A stretch of 64,000 nt of DNA from Macrostomum lignano (Eukaryota), in assembly GCA_002269645.1 (NCBI GenBank), contig NIVC01002156.1, positions 134,576 through 198,575 of the forward strand. Direction: 5' to 3'. The first letter of the stretch is position 1. Every line of letters starts with the position of its first letter. A model generated the notes under the pieces. It was given only the letters and a program-made list of their open reading frames with translations, was not told the origin of the DNA and searched no databases. The translations under genes were made by a program, and so were the position numbers. Shown here piece by piece: positions 21,520 to 34,600 of the stretch.

Positions 21520-24500
21520 ATGCAGGCGCTCAGAAGAGTTTTCGCATTGAATCAAAATGCTTCGTGGACAAGAACAGTCTTAGCAACACAGCAGAAGTCT
21601 TGCTTGTTATCCTCATCATCAATTCTTGACAGTAAGTATTTTTATTGAGCTTAGATTTCTTATTAAATGGCAACAGTATAGGGGCCTACTTCATACATGT
21701 ATGAAGTAGTCTTCTAAAATCGCTGTTTTATTTAATCCATTTTTGTAATCTAATAATCAGGCTCTCACTCACTATTTATTTTGGTGGTTGACCAAGGTTG
21801 GCCACAAGGCAAACCTAGGCCTATTCTTATTGCTTTGAAAAGAAGCCTACGAGAAAGGTAAGGTAGGCCTATAGAAATGGAAGCTTTCTCTTCTCAATTT
21901 CCCTTATCTTAACCATTTATGAGTCCATATCTTTTTGCCAAACTATACTATCTAGTTTTAGATAAGCCTGGCTTTTGAATAACCAATACTAATAGGCAAT
22001 ACTATTATTATATTGTTGACAAAAAACCTATATTCAAAGTTATAGTTAATAATTAAGACTTCTCTCCATACCTTAGGGGCTTGAACAGCCAAAAGTAATT
22101 TAAAGAGGTTAAAAGTTTTTTCTATTTGCATAAGCTGATTCAGATCAGTGCCTATACTATACCTTAGTGTGTGCTATTTCAGACATGCACTTTTAGTTTA
22201 TTACAAAAAGTTATTTTATAACTAGTATGATAAATGATAAAAAAAGAAGTTAAATATCTTACAAATAGCAAAATTTTAGTAGCTTAGGTCTAATGGTTAA
22301 TGGTCTAATGGTTAATACTTTATAGCCTAATAATAATAATAGTCAAAATAATAACCAAATCTATCTATAAAAGAAGTTTTGTTTATCCGATTTTTAGTCT
22401 AAAAAGTTAGGTTTAGAATCACTAAATCCTTATTTAATTATAAACTCAATATTAAAATTTATGCATCGTAATTTATTTCTAGTTTATTAGGATTCGATTG
22501 TTATTTTCTATATTGATTTGCGTTTATTAAGATTTCATTAATTAGGCTATAAGAATAGTTATGTTTTTAATTAAACTTTGGCTTTATTTCAATTATTATT
22601 ATTATTATTGATTTAATTAACCTTTAATTTTAGTTGGCATTGGATTATCAGCAGAGAAACGCCAAATTCAAGAGTTGGCACTTACCTTCACTCAAAATGA
22701 GGTGGCACCTCATATGCAAAAGTGGGATGCTGAGCACATATTCCCAGTGGAAATGTTCACCAAAACTGCTGCTCTAGGCTTTGGGGCTATCTATTGCAAA
22801 GAAGAACATGGAGGATCTGGTCTAAGCAGACTTGATGCATCGCTGATCTTTGAGGCAATTGCTACTGGCTGCGTTACAAGCAGTGCCTATCTAAGCATTC
22901 ACAAGTAAGCTAAATTGTTTGCTTCATATATTTTATCTCTTTGTATGCATTTTGCCATTGTATGTTGATTGATTGATTAGAGAAATTCCTTGACAGCGTG
23001 TTATTATCTGAATGGTCCATAAGTTTTGTATGGAGCCTGTGATTCTTTGATTGGATAGATAGTGTAATAAATATGCTAGAGATTCGTAGAGAGACTGAAA
23101 TTCTCCAATTTTTTGTCATTGAGACTCGCTGGGAGTCTATGATTCTATGCTGTTTGGGCAATGAGATTCGTAGAGAGCCTGTAATTCTTTCTGATTGATC
23201 ATTGAGATTCGTAGAGAGCCTACAATTCCTTCCAATTGGTCATTGAGGTTCGTAGAGTCTACAGTTCTCTCTAATTGGTCATTGAGATTAGTAGAGAGCC
23301 TGTAATTCTTTCTGATTGATCATCGAGATTCGTAGAGAGCCTGAAATTTTCTCCAATTGGTCTTGAGATTTATAGAGGGCCTGCAATTCTCCAATAGGTC
23401 ATAGAAATTCGTAGAGAGCCTACAATTCTCTAATTAGTAATTAAGATTTGTAGAGAGCCTGCAATTATCTCTAATTGGTCACTGAGATTCGTAAAGCCTA
23501 AAGTTCTCTCCAATCGGTCATTGAGACTCGTAGAGAGCCTACGATTCTATACTGTTTGGGCATTGAGATTCGTAGATAACTTGCGAAATGGGCCAGAAAC
23601 GTAAAGAGCCTGATAGATTTTTTAGAGTCCTAGAGAGCCTTCGAGTCTCTAATTTATTTGTAACCATCAGCCACACGTCGGGAAACTCCTACAACACTGC
23701 AGCATGTGCGCCTGGATGATTGACAGCACTGGCACAGAAGAGCAGCGTGCAAAGTGGCTGCCCCAGCTGGCCCCAATGTCCCGCCTGGCTTCCTATTGCC
23801 TCACCGAGCCCGGCAGTGGGTCGGACGCTGCGGCTCTAAAAACAACTGCCAAAAGTGACGGAAATTATTACGTTCTGAATGGAAGCAAGGTCAGCTTTGG
23901 CTGTGGTCAGCTTTAAGATTGATTACCCGTTGAAAAGTTTAGCATGACAATAATCGCTAAAGAGTCATTGCAAACAACTCTCTAGTGACTATATAGCGAC
24001 TCTGGGGCGATTCGTGTGCCTTCTTAACGACTCAAACACGTCTAATGCGACGGAGAGGTGACTGTTGCGTCACAAGCGGGCCACGTCAGTTGTAGAATCG
24101 TAAAAGAGTCATCCAAGAGTCGTTGTGTTGGCGCTTAACTTTCACCAGGGATGTGACTCTAATTCATCAAGCGACGCAAATGCGCTTTAAACACAACTCT
24201 CAGTGACACTACAGCGACTCTAGCACGCCTCAAATACGACTTTACGGCCCCAGAGTCGTTATATCGTTGTCCCAGAGTCGCAGGCAATAAAACGCTTCAA
24301 AGTGATTTTTGAGCGACTCTTTGAAAACTTTTTGGCGGCTTGTACCGTGACATCTCGTTGTTTTAGGAGTCGTTTAGAGTCAATTTCGAATTTTACCTAT
24401 GTCATCTGAAACCACTCTAGGGCGACGCAAGTGACTATGGGACGCTACTTGGCCTAGGTACCGTTTTCATCGGGTTAGAGATTAGAATCATTTTTTCGAA

Positions 24501-26161
24501 TGTCTTAATTATAATAATCTTTAGGGATGCGAGATTAACAGTTTTTGGAGTCTGAGATACGTTTCTCCTCAATACGCTTCTCCTCAAATTGAACGTCTAG
24601 GCTTTCATATCGGGCGCTGGCGCTACCGACCTCTATTTGGTCATGTGTCGAACTGGAGCGGACGGCCCTAAAGGCATCTCCTGCGTCATGGTCGAGAAGG
24701 ACACTCCCGGCTTGTCGTTTGGCAAAATTGAACGAAAATTAGGCTGGAATGCTCAGCCTACTAGAGAAGTTGTGTTCGAAAATTGTCGAGTACCAAAGTC
24801 AAATCGACTGGGACCGGAGGGCTCGGGATTCGGTCTGGCAATGCGCGGCCTAAATGGCGGTAGGGTGAACATCGCCTCGTGCAGTCTGGGTGCTGCTCAC
24901 GCCTCTTTGCTGGCTGCTAGAGAGTACATGACTGTGCGAAAACAGTTTGGCAAACAGCTGGCCGAGTTTCAGGTTGGTTTGCGGTGCATCTTACATTCTG
25001 AGTCAATGTTTCTCGTCTTTGTCCCTGACTCTTTCCTCCATTTTAAGTCTGTCTCTCCAATCTGACTCTTTGTCCCTCCATTTTGAGTCTTTGTCTCTCC
25101 AATCTGACTCTTTGTCCCTCCATTTTAAGTCTTTGTCTCTCCAATCTGACTCTTTGTCCCTCCATTTTAAGTCTTTGTCTCTCCAATCTGACTCTTTGTC
25201 CCTCCATTTTGAGTCTTTGTCTCTCCAATCTGACTCTTTGTCCCTCCATTTTAAGTCTTTGTCTCTCCAATCATACTCTTTGTCCCTCCATTTTAAGTCT
25301 TTGTCTCTCCAATCATACTCTTTGTCCCTCCATTTTAAGTCTTTGTCTCTCCAATCATACTCTTTGTCCCTCCATTTTAAGTCTTTGTCTCTCCAATCTG
25401 ACTCTTTGTCCCTCCATTTTAAGTTTTTGTCTCTCCAATCTGACTCTTTGTCCCTCCATTTTAAGTTTTTGTCTCTCCAATCTGACTCTTTGTCCCTCCA
25501 TTTTAAGTCTTTGTCTCTCCAATTTGACTCTTTGTCCCTCCATTTTAAGTCTTTGTCTCTCCAATCATACTCTGTCCCTCCATTTTAAGTCTTTGTGTCT
25601 CTAATCTGACTCTTTGTCCCTCCATTTGTCTTTGTCTTTAATCTGACTCTTTGTCCCTCCATTTTAAGTCTTTGTCTCTCCAATCTGACTCTGTTTCTTC
25701 ATTTTGAGTATTTATCTTTCCTTTTTAAGTCATTGTATTTATGTAGTAGTTAAATCAGTTGAGTTCTCCTTAATCTCTTTTATGCCCTGTTTTCCTAGAT
25801 TAAAAAAAACCCGACCGCCCCCCTCCCCCGTCATCCACAGGCCCTGCAATTCCAGCTGGCCGAGATGGCAGCTCAGCTGGTCTCCTCAAGGCTGCTGGTC
25901 CGCCAGGCTGCTCAATCTCTGGACTCGGGCGACCCCGGCGCCCCGGCTGTGTGCGCCCTGGCCAAGCTGCACGCCACAGAGCAATGCTTCGACGTGTGCA
26001 ACCGCGCCCTGCAGTTGTTCGGCGGCTACGGCTATTTATTGGACTTCCCCGTGCAGCAGTACCTGCGCGATTCGCGAGTGAACTGCATCCTTGAGGGCAC
26101 TAATCAGGTCATGCGAATGCTAGTTGCTAGGGATATTATTGGCAGATTGGGTGACGCTTAA
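21520..26161 (+). CDS. ACAD8: Mitochondrial isobutyryl-CoA dehydrogenase, 420 aa. Exons 21520-21631, 22634-22904, 23703-23889, 24601-24972, 25841-26161
   Basis: Motifs [88 protein letters not shown] match ACAD8. The N-terminus resembles a targeting peptide. Exons sum to 1263 nt (421 codons), all introns GT-AG. Confidence 0.96.
23060..23640. repeat. ~49 bp degenerate minisatellite (GAGATTCGTAGAGAGCCT core) in ACAD8 intron 2
   Basis: About 11 recurrences of gagattcgtagagagcct...aattct. Confidence 0.88.
23926..24474. mobile_element. MITE-like element, 549 bp, in ACAD8 intron 3
   Basis: TIRs CCCGTTGAAAA and TTTTCATCGGG (10/11 match), both flanked by TTA (23923-25, 24475-77). No coding capacity; interior rich in GAGTC/GACTC. 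Confidence 0.7.
25040..25695. repeat. 42 bp pyrimidine-rich minisatellite in ACAD8 intron 4
   Basis: Unit TCTGACTCTTTGTCCCTCCATTTTAAGTCTTTGTCTCTCCAA, about 15 copies. Confidence 0.96.
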
Positions 26162-26389
26162 CTATTTTAGCGCTACTTCAGTAGGAAAGTGTCTGACATT
26201 TTAGTAATTTATTTGAGTCTCAATATAATTCCCAAAGCTATCAGTTTCAAACTTGTCGATTGAAGCTTGCCCGGCTCATTTATCATCATGTTTTGAAGTT
26301 TTTTTGGAGATTATTGTTATTTCTGTATCCTACTAATAGTAGCTGAAAAATTTTCGTATATTAGATATAGTTGGTTTTCTTGGGAATTA

Positions 26390-26945
26390 ATCTGAGGCTT
26401 TCGGGATTTTAATTTTGAGATAAATCTGAGGATTTAGGAGATTTTAATTTTGGTTAATTGAATTTGGGGATGAATCTGAGATTTGGGGATTTCGATTTTA
26501 ATTAATCTGAGGATTTAAGGATTTTAATTTTGGTATTAATATGAGGATTTGGATTTTAATTTTGGATAAATCTGAGAATTTGGGGGATTTTATTTTTGGG
26601 ATTAATCTGAGGATTTGGGAGATTTTAATTTTGTGATTAATCTGAGGATTTAAGGAATTTTAATTTTGAGATAAATCTGAGAATTTTGGGAATTTTAATT
26701 TTGAGATAAATCTGAGAATTGAGGGGATTTTAATTTTGGGATTAATCTGAGGATTTGGGGATATTAATTTGTGGATAAAAATCTAAGGATTTTAGGGATT
26801 TTAATTTTGGGATTAGTTTGATGATTTTGGGGATTTTGATTTTGGGATTAATCTGAGAAGTTAAGAAGTTTTGCCTTTGGTGTTAATCTAAGAGTTTGGG
26901 AGATTTCGCTTTGGATCAGTCTCTAAGAGGATCTTGGGGATTTTT
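26390..26945. repeat. ~33-35 bp AT-rich degenerate repeat (AATCTGAGGATTT...TTTAATTTTGGGATT)
   Basis: Recurring aatctgagga / ttttaatttt motifs downstream of ACAD8. Confidence 0.85.
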
Positions 26946-28614
26946 AATAGCTTTTAAACTGACTCAGCCATGCAGTTAAAACCTCTCAGTTATTTTTAAT
27001 GCTTGTTAAAATCCAACATCGTCTAAAGAATTCCATAATTTGTCGCGATTATTTTGTTTACAATGGTAAAATAAAACGGTAGTATTCGCACAAATTCAAC
27101 AAAAACATTGCATTTCAAGCACAAAATGCTTGTGTTTTAAACAAAAGCTATTTGAACTCAACTTTTCATTTTTTGACAAGTGCGTGTGGGGAGCTCTAAA
27201 CTTCCAAGCAGCACTTTCTGCTGAGATGTCAGGGAATTAGGGATTAGGGAGCACTAAGCTCTGCAAGCTACCCAGTATCAGTAAAAATTACAATTGATAT
27301 TGCAAGTAGGAAATAAATTATAATAAACTGGTATTCACTACTCTACTAATAGTAAAAATATCGGGGAAATACGTTACGTAATAAAAAATAAAGTAACTTT
27401 CGTCTATACTCTGCTAGTAAGTAATAAGATTAGTATCTTAAATTTTTCATCCTAAAACAATCGCTTACAGTAGAACTTAGTGTAATTTTCAGCTTCTGTC
27501 AATCTGTTATTGGCAAGAAAAACAAGCAAAAAAGTTAGAATTTGCTATAACAAATACAACACTCTTTCATTTAAAGTAATGTATTGCAGTACATGTATTT
27601 AGTATAATTAATAAGAATCCATTCATTTATTAGAGTTATGAATTGAAATAAAATATTCTCTAAGTACGAGCGTATATCAAAACATATCTTGTCTCTTTAT
27701 AAGTTTAATTTTGACGCTTTGCATTCAAAAGTTTGATAAAAATTTACTATGATCTACAACGTGAGTAGAAAGGTAAATAAAATACGAATTACAAAAAATC
27801 AATGAATTCGAAAGTTTACGCGAAGTATTGTACTCAACCAGCTGCTTAACGGTTATAATTCAGGATTTTTGCGACTTAAAAAAGAGAATATTCCGAATTC
27901 CAAATTATAATTTATGTTGAAATTTTTAGCCAATATTTGTAGATAATTTTTCGGCGTTTCCTCCAATACAGTAAAACAAAAGTTATTTGACCATGAAGTG
28001 CCCTACTTTTTTAAGCTTCAATATTAAATCAATTATTCTTGAATTTGAATTTTATCTCTGTAGACGATAGACTGAATGTAAGTTTTTAAGATTCACACTT
28101 GTAATATCGAGATAAATTATAGAAGGTAAAAAACTATTTGTTTTAACTAGTGTCTAATAATAACTCAACCTTATGTCCAAAATTTTAGAAATTTTAAGCC
28201 CATATATTTTGAATTTACAATTTAAATTAGGCCGTAGGCCGCAAATTTCGATCTTTATAACATATTGTCCATAACATTGACAGTAACATGACGTAAAACA
28301 GAATTGAACTATGCAAATTTTGCTGGAGGCTGTTTTTCTACTGCAATATTTTCTGAACTTTACAAAAAGTACACTAAAAGAGGTAAATCTAGCTAGAATT
28401 TCAACTGGAACTTCGCCGGAAAATTGTGATAGCATATCATGAAAAAAGAAACATGAAATAAAGCAAAACACACACACGAAGAAACGATCCTTATATGTAC
28501 TTTAATTGCCTAGCTATTGTCCTAAGTTTGTACATCAAATTTTCTTGTTAAAGTCGCTCGGGTGGACATTACAGTATGGGTAAGCAAAACTGGGGAGTTG
28601 TATGCCCTGTGCAA

Positions 28615-31600
28615 TCAGAACACACCGTCTGCGTGATTCAAACTGATTCGCTTTCTCTGCTCCAGAATTGCCTCGCGCTCCAGCTCGCGTATTCGCAACG
28701 GATCAACGCTCTCGTGCTGACTCATCATCTCTCTGCGGGCAGGGCAGGCGGGGTGATGAGTATACTCAAGCTATAATTGGCCTAGGTTTAATATCTGCTG
28801 CGACACTTTTCACTCTATCCCCACACATTCTTCACTCTATCCCCACACATTCTTCACTCTATCCCCCACACATTCTTCACTCTATCCCCCACACATTCTT
28901 CACTCTATCCCCCACACATTCTTCACTCTCTCCCCACACATTCTTCACTCTATCCCCCACACATTCTTCACTCTATCCCCACACATTCTTCACTCTATCC
29001 CCCACACATTCTTCACTCTATCCCCCACACATTCTTCACTCTATCCCCCACACATTCTTCACTCTATCCCCCACACATTCTTCACTCTATCCCCACACAC
29101 ATTCTTCATTCTATCTCCACACCCCTTCACTCTATCCCCCCACACTCTTCACTCTATCCCCCCACACATTCTTCATTCTATCTCCACACCCCCTTCACTC
29201 TATCCCCCCACACTCTTCACTCTATCCCCACAAATTCTTTATTCTATCTCCACACCCCCTTCACTCTATCCCCACACATTCTTCACTCTATCTCCACACC
29301 CCCTTCACTCTATCCCCCCCACACTCTTCACTCTATCCCCACACATTCTTCACTCTATCTCCACACCCCCTTCACTTTATCCCCCCACACTCTTCACTCT
29401 ATCCCCACAAATTCTTCATTCTATCTCCACACCCCCTTCACTCTATCCCCCCACACTCTTCACTCTATCCCCACACATTCTTCATTCTATCTCCACACCC
29501 CCTTCACTCTATCCCCCACACTCTTCACTCTATCCCACACACTTCTTCTCCACACTCTATCCCCCCACTCTTCACTCTATCCCCACAAATTCTTCATTCT
29601 ATCTCCACACCCCCTTCACTCTATCCCCACACACTTCTTCACTCTATCCCACACACTCTTCACTCTTCATCCCCACACACTTCTTCACTCTATCCCCACC
29701 ACACTCTTCACTCTATTCTTCCTATCACACTTCACTCTATCCCCCACACTCTTCACTCTATCCCCACACACTCTTCACTCTATCCCCCACACACTCTTCA
29801 CTCTATCCCCACACACTCTTCACTCTATCCCCCCACACTCTTCACTCTATCCCCACACATTCTTCATTCTATCTCCACACCCCCTTCACTCTATCCCCCC
29901 ACACTCTTCACTCTATCCCCACACACTCTTCACTCTATCCCCACACACTCTTCACTCTATCCCCCCACACTCTTCACTCTATCCCCACACACTCTCACTT
30001 CTCTATCCCCCCACACATTCTTCATTCTATCTCCACACCCCCTTCACTCTATCCCCACACATTCTTCACTCTATCTCCACACCCCCTTCACTCTATCCCC
30101 CCACACTCTTCACTCTATCCCCACACATTCTTCTCTCACTCTCTATCCCCCCACACTCTTCACTCTATCCCCACACATTCTTCTCACTCTATCCCCCACA
30201 CCTTCATTCTATCTCCACACACTCTCTTCACTCTATCTCCACTCTACACACATTCTTCACTCTATCCCCACACTCTATTCTTCACTCTATCTCCACACCC
30301 CTTCACTCTATCCCCCCCACACTCTTCACTCTATCCCCCCACTCTTCACTCTATCTTCTTCATTCTATCTCCACACCTTCACTCTATTCCTCCACACATT
30401 CTTCACTCTATCTCCACACCCCCTTCACTCTATCCCCCCCACACTCTTCACTCTATCCCCACACATTCTTCACTCTATCCCCACAAATTCTTCATTCTAT
30501 CTCCACACCCCCTTCACTCTATCCCCCCACACTCTTCACTCTATCCCCACACCCCCTTCACTCTCTCCCCACACATTCTTCACTCTCTCCCCACACATTC
30601 TTCAGTCTATCCCCACATATTCTTCACTCTCTCCCCACACATTCTTCACTCTATCCCCACACACTCTTCACTCTCTCCCCACACATTCTTCACTCTCTCC
30701 CCACACATTCTTCAGTCTATCCCCACATATTCTTCACTCTCTCCCCACACATTCTTCACTCTATCCCCACACACTCTTCACTCCATTCCCACACCCTACA
30801 TCCCATCGCCACGCCCTCCATCCAACTTAATTATTTTATCCCTTGGTTTGTGTCTAATCTACAGACTTAAAAGGGATAAATACTCACTGATCCTCAAAGA
30901 ACCATGGACTCTTGGGCCTCTGCGGTGAGGCCGTATTGGTGCCGTTCCCGTTTGCCGCGTTGCCATTGATTACGCCGTTGTCTGGCGATGGCAACTCCGA
31001 AAAGTCCCTCTGCGACAGCGCAGTGGCCTGACTTTTCGGTCCGTGGCCGCCCAGCTGCTGCTCGTAAAATTTCACCGGCAGTTTAAGGGCGTCAAGAGCG
31101 CGCTGAAGGGTTGAAGTTTGGGACAGGTCGCATCATTGGGGGCGCTGCTTCATTTCATTTTCCACTCTTTTTCTTAAATCCTGGGGCTTTAGCACCAGGG
31201 GCTTTAGCACCAGGGGCTTTAGCACCACGGGCTTGCACCACGGGCTTTAGCACAAGGGGCTTTAGCACCAGGGGCTTTAGCACCAGGGGCTTTAGCACCA
31301 GGGGCTTTAGCACCAGGGGCTTTAGCACCAGGGGCTTTAGCACCAGGGGCTTTAGCACCAGGGGCTTTAGCACCAGGGGCTTTAGCACCAGGGGCTTTAG
31401 CACCAGGGGCTTTAGCACCAGGGGCTTTAGCACCAGGGGCTTTAGCACCAGGGGCTTTAGCACCAGGGGCTTTAGCACCAGGGCTTTAGCACCAGGGGCT
31501 TTAGCACCAGGGGCTTTAGCACCAGGGGCTTTAGCACCAGGGGCTTTAGCACCAGGGGCTTTAGCACCAGGGGCTTTAGCACCAGGGGCTTTAGCACCAG

Positions 31601-34600
31601 GGGCTTTAGCACCAGGGGCTTTAGCACCAGGGGCTTTAGCACCAGGGGCTTTAGCACCAGTGGCTTTAGCACCAGGGGCTTTAGCACCAAGGGGTTTTAG
31701 TATGCTGTTGGTATAATTTGGCTGAAATAGTAACTTCGTCCTACTGAAGCAGATGAAAAGTATTTCTTAAACAGATACGATGCACCAAACTCACCATGTG
31801 CTGCACGTATTTAATCAGAACGATAAGCGCTACTAACAATACTACTGGCAGTGCGCATAGCAGTACAATAGCATAGACTGGGAAAGCCGAACTAGCTGGT
31901 GGAGCAGTAGTGGCTGACAACTGAGCTGTGGTGGCATCCAACCCTGAGCCAACGAACAGCAGGTCCAAGTTGGTCCCGTATCCGGGCATGAGCGCACGCA
32001 GCAGTTGCTGCATTCTGGCGTCGCTGGCCCCGTCTGCAACCAGCAGCTCGCCGCGCAGACTTGTCAATCCGTCCGATGTTCGATTTTCAAATCGAATCGA
32101 TCGAAAATCGCCTATTAGTGAGGCTAGTTCGGGCGAAGCTCTCACGGTGCCAGTGAGCAGGTAGTAAGCCTGACTAGCCAACGATTGAGCTGCTGAGCCG
32201 TTAGGCGCCTTGCTCAACTGGGCATCGAAGGGCAGTTTAGGCAGACGCCAGCTGATCGCCACTGCTCGGGCCGCGGGCAGCACCGGGTCCTGACCGATGG
32301 GACAGACGCAGGTTGCGGCCTCAGCCTGGCGGCGTCTTCTTCTTCTGGTGGTTGGACAATTGTAAGCCGGAAACGATCCGGACATTGTGACGCTGAGCTT
32401 ATAATTGCTGGCTGAGTCCGTTTTTGAACTCGGATTAATCACCACATATCGAATGTCGATGCCGTATCTGTTCACAATCTCGTTTGTTGCGCAATATTTT
32501 GTGCCGACAGAAGTTCCCGGATAGATAATCTTGTTAAAAGGATTGTTTTCCATTCTTTTACGCACATCCGCTGTAACCGTGGCCACGTTGCATCCTGTGC
32601 ACGCGTTCGAAATGCACACCTGCAGTTGTTAAAGAACCGCTTGGTTTAACCGATTCTACATGTACCTGTGGAAGCTTTAGTACATTTGTAATACAAAATG
32701 AATCAATTGACTAAGAACAAGAGGCCCTTAAGTAGGGGTTAATTTAGTAGGTGAAAATGTTTGTAAACGTTATAGAAATCATTATTAAAACCTTAAAGCG
32801 TTATATAGCCCAGCGGTCTAGCAAATCTTGGCTTGGCTCTGCTTGTGCAATTATAACGGGTTTGAGGGCCAACCCCCAAGGCACAGCTAGTGAAGTGTAC
32901 ATGCCTAACGATAGATAAAGTCAAGGCCGCTGTACACTCCTGTGTGAGTGTGTGCCTGTGTGTGTGTGACTGTGTACGACTGCGTGCGAAAGTGCCTGCT
33001 CAGGGGAGTCGGCGGAATAGGCAGTAATGCCTCACGCCGGTTGTGTGACAATGTCGCTTAAAGTGCGCCAGGGTGCACACAGCCCCTGCCTTTAATTAAA
33101 AATTTTACAAAAACTTTCATCTCTTTCATAGTGTTTTTGTAAAGTGGATGCATCACTATCAACAAAATAGTATTCAATAATTCTACGAGCGTAATACTTC
33201 GAAGTAGACAAATCTCACCATAGTGATTTGCGGATGTCCTCTGCAGATAGCATTGGTTGGACCAATTCTAGTGTCGAGGACAACTTGACTGTCTGATTGA
33301 TCTGGCACGGTAAACGCGGACGTACTGGCCTCAAATGTGTAGCCAGTTGTTGACAATTGAAATGCGTTCACAACAAAAACTTTTGATAAAGAATCGTCCG
33401 TGATATTTGTGAAGGCTGGAATCGAAACGTTTTTTTGGAATTAGTTGGAATGCCTAATTATCATGAAAAAATGTGCGCTTAGTTTTATATCTAGACTAAC
33501 CAGCTGGAGTTGTTGGTGGGATTGTAGTAACAGTCGTTGGTGCAGCAGTCGTTGGTGCAGCAGTCGATGGTGCAGCAGTCGATGGTGCAGCAGTCGTTGG
33601 TGCAGCAGTCGATGGTGCAGCAGTCGATGGTGCAGCAGTCGATGGTGCAGCAGTCGTTGGTGCAGCAGTCGATGGTGCAACAGTCGTTTGCTCAAAAGTC
33701 GATGGTGCGACAGTCGTTGGTGCAACAGTTGATGCAGAACCTACAATATTTTTTAAGTGCTCCTTTGGAGTCAGGTTCACAATCGAGGACTTTATTGCAA
33801 TCCACTACTTTCCAAAAATGTAATTTTACTGTGATAGGCGTGCATTTCAGACAAACATTTAATCATGAACTGTTAGTGAAGTGACAAAATTAATTAACTT
33901 TATATGAAGCTAATCCTTTCCTGACTCATTATACAACTGGTTTCACTTAGAAAACCCTGGATTACCTAAATCTGTTGCTCCACCTGTAACAACTCCAATT
34001 GATGCAGTCGTGGCGCTGCCACCAGCTCCACCGGTGCCTCCTCCAGGTATTGTCGTAGCGGTGCCTCCAGCTCCACCGGTGCCTCCTCCAGGTATTGTCG
34101 TAGCGGTGCCTCCAGCTCCACCGGTGCCTCCTCCAGGTATTGTCGTAGCGGTGCCTCCAGCTCCTCCGGTGACTCCAGGTACTGTCGTAGCGGTGCCTCC
34201 AGCTCCACCGGTGCCTCCTCCAGGTATTGTAGCATCGGTGCCTCCGGCTCCACCGGTGCCTCCTCCAGGTATTGTAGCATCGGTGCCTCCGGCTCCACCG
34301 GTGCCTCCTCCAGGTATTGTCGTAGCGGTGCCTCCAGCTCCTCCGGTGACTCCAGGTACTGTCGTAGCGGTGCCTCCAGCTCCACCGGTGCCTCCTCCAG
34401 GCACTGTCGTAGCGGTGCCTCCGGCTCCACCGGTGCCTCCTCCAGGTATTGTCGCATCGGTGCCTCCAGCCCCTCCGGTGCCTTCAGGTACTGTCGTGGC
34501 GGTACCTCCGGCTCCACCGGTGCCTCCAGTTTCCCCGGTGCCTCCAGGTACTGTCGTAGCGGTGCCGCCGGCTCCACCGGTGCCTCCAGTTTCACCGGTG

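Noticed and set aside
28668-30830. 720-aa His/Ser/Pro/Thr-rich plus-strand ORF
   Set aside because: Stop-free translation of an indel-rich intronic array on the antisense strand of the mucin gene.
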